A stretch of DNA of 22,524 nucleotides, taken from assembly GCA_035285865.1 (NCBI GenBank), contig JAYKHS010000029.1:1-22524 (forward strand). The letters are read 5' to 3'. The notes beneath the pieces are model-generated. The model had not been told where the DNA came from and ran no database searches. It worked only from the letters and a program-made list of their open reading frames with translations. The stretch is from Candidatus Sericytochromatia bacterium. Its GTDB lineage: Bacteria; Cyanobacteriota; Sericytochromatia; S15B-MN24; VGJW01. Shown in pieces: positions 17,115 through 22,524 of the stretch (its first letter is position 1; each line of letters opens with the position of its first letter). The translations under genes and the position numbers were made by a program.

Positions 17115-17701
17115 GGGGCATCTTGCCTGGGCTGGGGCTTGGGGCGACGGCCGATCAGCGTCGGAAGCCAGGCAACCACGGCCCATGCGATGAACCAACC
17201 CGGACTGCCCGCGAGTTGCGCAGCCAGGACGGGCATGGGCTCCTGGCCGCGCGCGGCAAGCCAAGCGGCTCCGATGGCCCAGCAGACCGCTTGTCCTGCC
17301 AGCAGGGCCATGAACCGTCCCGAAGGACGACCCCCGCGCGCCAGCGCGGCAATGACCACGGCCTGCACGACCATCCCGGCCTGAAATCCGAAAGCCGGTC
17401 CGGCCAGCATGGCGGGGCCCCTCGAAGATTCGGCCCACGGCGCGCCCGCGAGGCAGGCAACCAGCCAGAGAACCATCGAGGTGCCGGCCTGGACTGGCGG
17501 CAGCGCCAGACCAGCGAACCAGGGTCCAAGGGCCTGGAGGGTCCACGGCGCAGTCCCCGCGGCCCATTCGCCGAGATGGAATGCCACTCGTGCTCCCTCC
17601 GGAACCGCGCCGGGCGGGGCGACGAAGGGCCAGGGCACCTCGACGAACAGGCCGAGTACGGTCAGGGTGAGTCCCAGAAGGACGAGCAGCAGGCGCGACA
17701 C
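17099..17701 (-). CDS. bioY: BioY-like ECF transporter S component (divergent)
   Basis: About six hydrophobic segments. PWTLQ...AGL...LWLVACLAGAPW...LAGPAFGFQAG aligns by eye with BioY PxTLQ...LYxxxGxxGLP...GPTGGY. Confidence 0.7.
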   Translation of the reverse strand: MSRLLLVLLGLTLTVLGLFVEVPWPFVAPPGAVPEGARVAFHLGEWAAGTAPWTLQALGPWFAGLALPPVQAGTSMVLWLVACLAGAPWAESSRGPAMLAGPAFGFQAGMVVQAVVIAALARGGRPSGRFMALLAGQAVCWAIGAAWLAARGQEPMPVLAAQLAGSPGWFIAWAVVAWLPTLIGRRPKPQPRQDAPQVIR

Positions 17702-17707
17702 CTTCCC

Positions 17708-17713
17708 ATGCTA
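17708..17713 (-). promoter_or_regulatory. -10 element for bioY (candidate leaderless transcript)
   Basis: Minus strand reads TAGCAT-gggaag-GTG. Confidence 0.5.
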
Positions 17714-17722
17714 CAGGGTCTC

Positions 17723-17751
17723 TTGACCCTCCCTTGCCACCGGCCTAGACT
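17723..17751 (+). promoter_or_regulatory. Sigma70-type promoter of secDF
   Basis: TTGACC (17723-17728), 17-bp spacer, TAGACT (17746-17751), 34 nt upstream of the secD start. Confidence 0.75.
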
Positions 17752-17785
17752 GAGCGGTCTTATCCCCCTTTCCCGGTGATGCTTC

Positions 17786-19048
17786 GTGAACATAACGCCA
17801 CGCCAAGTGATGTTGTTGCTGGTGGTCCTCCTCACCATGGGCTCCATGTGGGTGGTTCAGGACTCCAGGCAGTTCCCCTTCCGGCTGGGGTTGGACATCC
17901 AGGGCGGGATGCATCTCGTGCTCGAGGCCAAGGACACCGCGACGGTCAAGGTCGACGACAAGGTCATGGCCTCGGTCATCCAAGTCATCCGCAACCGAGT
18001 CGACCAGTACGGCGTCACGGAGCCTTCCATCCAGCGCAAGGGCGAACGTCAGGTCGTCATCGACCTGCCTGGCCTGCGCAATCCCGAGGAGGCGCGCAAC
18101 TACCTGGGCAAGACGGCGCAGCTGGTTTTTCAGGAGCCGGTGACGACCTCGCCGATGCGGAACGCGACGGCATCCGCCTATGCAGACACCCCGCTGACGG
18201 GCAAGATGCTCGTCGATGCCAGTGCCCAGCCTGATGGTGCAGGCACGGGAAAGGGCTGGCATGTCTCGCTGCGCTTCAATGCGGAGGGCGGCAAGCTCTT
18301 CGGGGACCTGACCAGCCGCTTCGTGGGGCAGACCATCGCCATCAAGCTCGATGACAAGGTGGTCTCGGCACCGAGAGTCAACGAGCCCATCCTTCAGGGT
18401 GAGGCCATCATCACGGGCAGCTTCACGGCTCGTGAGGCCCAGCTGCTGGCCAGCCAGCTCAAAGCGGGTGCCTTGCCCGTGCCACTCGTCGAGATCGAGA
18501 ACCGCGTCGTCGGTGCCTCGCTGGGTACCGACGTCGTCCGGAGCGCCGTGCGGGCAGGTCTTGCCGGCTTCGTGCTGGTCGTGCTGTTCATGTTGGCCTA
18601 CTACCGCCTGCCGGGCCTGGTTGCCGACCTCGCACTGGCCGTCTATGCAGTGCTGGTACTCGCCATCTTCAAGCTCATCCCCATCACCCTCACGGTTCCC
18701 GGCATCGCGGGTTTCATCCTGTCGGTGGGCATGGCGGTCGACGCCAACGTGCTGATTTTCGAGCGCACCAAAGAAGAGTTGCGCGCTGGACGGAGCCTCT
18801 ATTCGGCCATCGAGATCGGCTTCAGGCGCGCCTTTACGGCGATCTTCGACTCCAACTCCACGACCCTGCTGACGTGTTTCATCCTGTACGCGCTCGGCAC
18901 GGGTCTGGTTCGGGGCTTTGCACTTACCCTGGCGGTCGGTGTGCTCTGCAGTCTCTTCACGGCGATCACGGTGACTCGGGCCTTGCTCCATCAGGTCCTG
19001 GAATCGCCCACCATGAAGTCCCCCACCCTCTTCGGAGTGCGCATCTGA
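17786..19048 (+). CDS. secD: Protein translocase subunit SecD (short form)
   Basis: LGLDIQGG, IRNRVDQYGVTEP, QLKAGALPVP, GMAVDANVLIFER and IFDSNSTT. Confidence 0.97.
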   Translation: MNITPRQVMLLLVVLLTMGSMWVVQDSRQFPFRLGLDIQGGMHLVLEAKDTATVKVDDKVMASVIQVIRNRVDQYGVTEPSIQRKGERQVVIDLPGLRNPEEARNYLGKTAQLVFQEPVTTSPMRNATASAYADTPLTGKMLVDASAQPDGAGTGKGWHVSLRFNAEGGKLFGDLTSRFVGQTIAIKLDDKVVSAPRVNEPILQGEAIITGSFTAREAQLLASQLKAGALPVPLVEIENRVVGASLGTDVVRSAVRAGLAGFVLVVLFMLAYYRLPGLVADLALAVYAVLVLAIFKLIPITLTVPGIAGFILSVGMAVDANVLIFERTKEELRAGRSLYSAIEIGFRRAFTAIFDSNSTTLLTCFILYALGTGLVRGFALTLAVGVLCSLFTAITVTRALLHQVLESPTMKSPTLFGVRI

Positions 19049-20079
19049 TGGCCGTCGAGAACGCCCCCCCCGCGAACACGCCCGAGCCTGCCATCGTTGA
19101 CGTGATGGGCCGCAAGGCGCTTTGGTTCGGTATTTCAGCCGCGATGATGATTCCGGGCATCATCGCCATCATTCTGTGCTATTCGCGTTTCGGGGCCCCT
19201 GTCAAACTGGGCATCGACTTCACCGGGGGGTCCCTGCTGCAGATGCGCTTCGACAGGCCGGTGACGGTCGAGCAGCTTCGAGGGGCCCTCGCGACGGTTC
19301 AGCTCGATGGCCACAAGGTCGAAGGCGAAATTCAGGAGGTACTCGAGACGGCACGTCGAGAGGCCTCCGGCAGCGTGGGCGGCACGACCCTGATTCTCCG
19401 CACACGGACGCTGGCGCCGGCCGAGGTCGGTCAGATCAAGGCCGATCTTGCGAAGAATGCGGAATTGGGTTCCTTCGTTCCCGAGCGCGTCGAGACGGTG
19501 GGGCCCAAGATTGGCGCGGAGTTGCTGCGCAATGCCATGTTGGCGCTTGGTGCAGGCATTCTCGTCATTCTGGGTTATATCGCGGTCCGCTACCAGTTCG
19601 ATTTCGCCATGTGTGCGATTGCCGCCATGGTGCACGATGTCATCGTCATGATTGGCTCGTTTGCCATTCTCAGCCTGACGCTTGGCGCGGAGGCCGATGG
19701 ACTGCTCGTCACGGCTTTGCTTACGGTCATGGGTTTCTCAGTCCACGACACCATCGTCATCTTTGACCGATTCCGGGAAAACCTGGGTCAGGCCCGCAAG
19801 GGTGACACCTTTGGCGATGTCGCCAATCGCAGCGTGAACCAGACCTTCGCGCGTTCGGTCAACACTAGCCTGACGGTCGTGTTGACCCTGATTCCCTTGG
19901 TTCTCTTCGGTGGATCGAGCATCTTCTTCTTCTGCCTCGCGATGCTCATCGGGATCGTGTCGGGCACTTACAGCAGCATCTTCAATGCCGCGCCCCTTCT
20001 TGTTCTCTGGCGGGATCGCGCGGCTTCCCGCACCACGCCTCCTGAGGGCGGCCTGTCATCCGTGGCTGCAGGTGCCTGA
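19048..20079 (+). CDS. secF: Protein translocase subunit SecF
   Basis: LGIDFTGG, TVGPKIG, HDV, GFSVHDTIVIFDRFRE, RSVNTS and GTYSSIF. ATG at 19048 forms a TGATG overlap with secD. Confidence 0.97.
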   Translation: MAVENAPPANTPEPAIVDVMGRKALWFGISAAMMIPGIIAIILCYSRFGAPVKLGIDFTGGSLLQMRFDRPVTVEQLRGALATVQLDGHKVEGEIQEVLETARREASGSVGGTTLILRTRTLAPAEVGQIKADLAKNAELGSFVPERVETVGPKIGAELLRNAMLALGAGILVILGYIAVRYQFDFAMCAIAAMVHDVIVMIGSFAILSLTLGAEADGLLVTALLTVMGFSVHDTIVIFDRFRENLGQARKGDTFGDVANRSVNQTFARSVNTSLTVVLTLIPLVLFGGSSIFFFCLAMLIGIVSGTYSSIFNAAPLLVLWRDRAASRTTPPEGGLSSVAAGA

Positions 20080-20113
20080 TCCGGTTGGCCCCCTTTCCTG
20101 CGGGCCCTTCCCG

Positions 20114-20187
20114 TGGTACCCTGAAGTTTCATCCCTTTTGTTCGACCGCCCAAGGCGGCGGGCCGTTGTCCGTGTGGAGACATTGTC
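20114..20187 (+). promoter_or_regulatory. rpsF promoter (extended -10) and putative S6:S18 autoregulatory leader
   Basis: TGgTACCCT at 20114-20122. Leader has a pyrimidine tract ATCCCTTTT, a hairpin CCGCC-caa-GGCGG (20146-20158), and CCG (20170-20172) just before SD GGAG (20176-20179). Confidence 0.55.
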
Positions 20188-20523
20188 GTGACCAAGGCTT
20201 ACGAGTCGATGTACATCGTCCGTCCCCAGCTCGAGGATGAGCAGGTGGATGCGGCTATGAAGCAAGTCGAGGATCTGCTTGCCAAGTTCGGTGGCGTGCT
20301 CGTCCGCCACGAGAAGAAGGGCAAGCGTCGTCTGGCCTACGAAGTGAAGGATCAGCGCGAGGGTACCTACTGTCTCATCAACTTCGAGGCCGGGCAGCTC
20401 GTGCTGGATGAACTTCGTCGCTTCTTCTCGATCTCGGACGACATTCTTCGGTCGATGATCTTGACCCAGGAGGAGGCTGGTCCAATCCAGACCAAGGCTG
20501 CGCCTGCGCCCGTCGAGGCCTAA
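20188..20523 (+). CDS. rpsF: 30S ribosomal protein S6
   Basis: YESMYIVRP, GKRRLAYEV, EGTY and ELRR...DDILRSMI. Confidence 0.97.
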   Translation: MTKAYESMYIVRPQLEDEQVDAAMKQVEDLLAKFGGVLVRHEKKGKRRLAYEVKDQREGTYCLINFEAGQLVLDELRRFFSISDDILRSMILTQEEAGPIQTKAAPAPVEA

Positions 20524-20535
20524 GGGAGCCACCGC

Positions 20536-20994
20536 GTGTCGGTCAACCAGATTGTCCTCGTCGGCTCGGTCGATACCGATGCGCAAGGTGTTCCCCACAG
20601 GGGGACCACGCCTACCGGCTACGATCTGACCCGTTTTCGTATTCGGGTCGCCAAGCCGTCTCGGAATGAGCAGGATGCCCCGCGCTTCGATCTCTTCAGC
20701 GTGGAGGCCGTTGGCCGTCAGGCTGAGGTTGCCGCGCAACTGAAGCCTGGCAGTCTGGTCGCCGTCGAAGGGCGCCTGAAGACCTTCCGGGACGAGCAGA
20801 ACGCGACCCGCGTCTTCATCGAAGCCGCTTCCGTTCAGGCAATCGGTGCTTCAGGTGCCATGCCCGCGGGAGCACCGTCCCAGGCAGCGCCCGAGATGGG
20901 TCTGCCTGCTGCCTCGCGCGCACCGGTTCCTGCTGCAGACGGGGATCCTTGGGGTGGCGGCGAGCCTGACTTCGACGGCCCCTATCCCTTCTGA
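20536..20994 (+). CDS. ssb: Single-stranded DNA-binding protein (divergent)
   Basis: VNQIVLVG, GRQAE and GSLVAVEGRL OB-fold motifs, Pro/Ala/Gly linker, acidic C-terminus EPDFDGPYPF. Follows rpsF, SD GGGAG. Confidence 0.85.
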   Translation: MSVNQIVLVGSVDTDAQGVPHRGTTPTGYDLTRFRIRVAKPSRNEQDAPRFDLFSVEAVGRQAEVAAQLKPGSLVAVEGRLKTFRDEQNATRVFIEAASVQAIGASGAMPAGAPSQAAPEMGLPAASRAPVPAADGDPWGGGEPDFDGPYPF

Positions 20995-21032
20995 TTGGTC
21001 TGCGTGGGCAGGCCTGGACACGGAATTTTCGG

Positions 21033-22064
21033 ATGACGACCGCTCAGGACACGCTCGGGGCCATCGAGCAGGACGCGCTGGCTGCACTTGAGGTCGTGCC
21101 GACCCTTCCTGGTCTGGAAGCGTGGCAGACGGAGTTTTTGGGGCGTGAGCGCGGCCGTATCACGCAGGCGCTCAAGCTGATCCCGACCTTGGCCCCCGAG
21201 GATCGGAAGGCCTATGGGGCCTCCGTCAACAAGGTGAAGGTCGCGCTTGAGGCTGCCCTCGAGGGTCGCCGCAGCGTCCTGCGTGCTGCCGAGACGACAG
21301 CGCGGATCCAGGCTGAGGCACTCGATGTGACCATGCCGGCCATAGGGCGTCCGATGGGCCATGCCCATGTGCTCGGTCAGGTTCGCGATGAACTGGTGGC
21401 CTTGTTTGCGAGGATGGGCTATGCGCTGGCCGAGGGGCCCGAGGTCGAAGATGTCTGGCACAACTTCTCGGCGCTCAACACGCCAGACGACCATCCCGCC
21501 CGGGATCCCCAGGACACGTTCTACCTGCCGGATGGCCGGCTCTTGCGCACCCAGACCTCCTCGGTCCAGATTCGGCACATGGCTGCCGGGCGTCCGCCTT
21601 TCCGGATCATCGCCCCTGGCCGCGTCTACCGGAGGGATGCGGTCACGCCGCGCCACTACCCGATGTTCCACCAGCTGGAGGGGTTGCACGTCGATGAAGG
21701 CGTGACTTTCGCCCACCTGAAGGGTGTGCTGCAGGCCTTTGCCACAGGTGTCTTCGGTGGGGGAACCACCATTCGCCTGAGGCCAAGCTTCTTTCCCTTC
21801 ACGGAACCTTCTGCCGAGATGGACGTCCGCTGCGTCTTCTGCAACGGGGACGGCTGTCGTATCTGTTCCCATACTGGTTGGCTCGAGATTCTTGGCTGCG
21901 GCATGGTGGATCCGGCGGTGCTCGAGGCCGTTGGTGTCGATTCGGAGCGTTATTCGGGCTTCGCTTTCGGACTCGGAATCGAGCGTATCGCGATGCTGCG
22001 CCATCGAATCCCGGACATTCGGCTCCTCTGGGAAAACGATGCCCGGTTCCTGTCCCAGTTCTAG
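21033..22064 (+). CDS. pheS: Phenylalanine-tRNA ligase alpha subunit
   Basis: HPARDPQDTFY, LLRTQTS, PGRVYRRD, FHQLEG, FPFTEPS and GFAFGLGIERIAM. Confidence 0.98.
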   Translation: MTTAQDTLGAIEQDALAALEVVPTLPGLEAWQTEFLGRERGRITQALKLIPTLAPEDRKAYGASVNKVKVALEAALEGRRSVLRAAETTARIQAEALDVTMPAIGRPMGHAHVLGQVRDELVALFARMGYALAEGPEVEDVWHNFSALNTPDDHPARDPQDTFYLPDGRLLRTQTSSVQIRHMAAGRPPFRIIAPGRVYRRDAVTPRHYPMFHQLEGLHVDEGVTFAHLKGVLQAFATGVFGGGTTIRLRPSFFPFTEPSAEMDVRCVFCNGDGCRICSHTGWLEILGCGMVDPAVLEAVGVDSERYSGFAFGLGIERIAMLRHRIPDIRLLWENDARFLSQF

Positions 22065-22073
22065 GAGATTGCC

Positions 22074-22524
22074 TTGCGTCTGCCGTTGACCCTGTTGCGT
22101 CGTCGACTTGCGGGCTCTTGGGACCTGGCTGCGGTCCGGGAGGTCCTCGCGCGTTCCCCATTGGAACTCGAGGGTGTCGAGCTTCACGCGCCGGGGATGG
22201 ATCGGGTCCTGACGGGGCGTATCATCGAGGCTGCTGCGCATCCTGACGCCGATCGCCTGAGGGTATGTGCCGTGGATGCCGGCATGCATGGGGTTCTTCA
22301 GATCGTCACGGCCGCAACCAACGTTCAGTCCGGGGACATCGTGCCCGTGGCGCTGGATGGTGCCGTGCTGCCGACCGGCAAGGCCATCCTGGCTTCGAAG
22401 ATGCGCGGCGTGATGTCGCAGGGGATGTTCTGTTCTCTTGAGGAGTTGGCGCTTGGAGACGCGCTCGAGGGAGTCTGGGTGCTGCCCGCCACCACGCCCC
22501 TGGGGCTGCCGATTGCCGAGGCCA
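22074..22524 (+). CDS. pheT: Phenylalanine-tRNA ligase beta subunit, N-terminal part (runs off the window; absent from the ORF track)
   Basis: SD AGGAG (22063-22067) and TTG at 22074. My translation gives MRLPLTLL...HPDADRLRVCAVD...QIVTAATNV...VALDGAVLP...KMRGVMSQGMFCSLEEL, the PheT tRNA-binding OB domain. Confidence 0.95.
   Translation, partial: MRLPLTLLRRRLAGSWDLAAVREVLARSPLELEGVELHAPGMDRVLTGRIIEAAAHPDADRLRVCAVDAGMHGVLQIVTAATNVQSGDIVPVALDGAVLPTGKAILASKMRGVMSQGMFCSLEELALGDALEGVWVLPATTPLGLPIAEA

Noticed and set aside
21829..21880. CxxCxxxGCxxC motif in PheS
   Set aside because: A common Cys-rich insert in many bacterial PheS proteins, not novel.
1..22524. CRISPR arrays, tRNA/rRNA, IS elements, prophage
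   Set aside because: No spaced repeats, no transposase or integrase motifs, no obvious compositional shift, and the largest intergenic gap is only about 108 bp.

Overview
High-GC, very densely packed bacterial chromosomal segment made almost entirely of housekeeping genes. Plus strand: cinA (partial)-nth-two hypotheticals, then a 930-aa membrane-anchored coiled-coil protein, a histidine kinase and an OmpR-family regulator. These are followed by eda (-), a trmJ-like gene (+), and a translationally coupled lysA-cdaA-cdaR-uppS-holA operon (-). Divergent from that operon is nif3-der-plsY-rsmA-ispE (+), then bioY (-), secD-secF and rpsF-ssb-pheS-pheT (partial). I see no mobile element, rRNA/tRNA or CRISPR array. 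Gene order (lysA-cdaA-uppS, rsmA-ispE, secDF without yajC) suggests a Terrabacteria genome, possibly a non-photosynthetic Cyanobacteriota relative; this is inference only. The best candidate for an undescribed system is the 930-aa protein (signal peptide, dCache-like domain, one TM helix, about 360 aa of coiled coil, no catalytic output) placed directly before a sensor-less histidine kinase and its regulator. Also notable are three TAnCAT-N6-start leaderless promoter signatures, an S6:S18-type leader on an rpsF operon that lacks rpsR, and an SSB lacking the usual DNA-stacking aromatics. All calls come from motif recognition by eye; no database searches were run.
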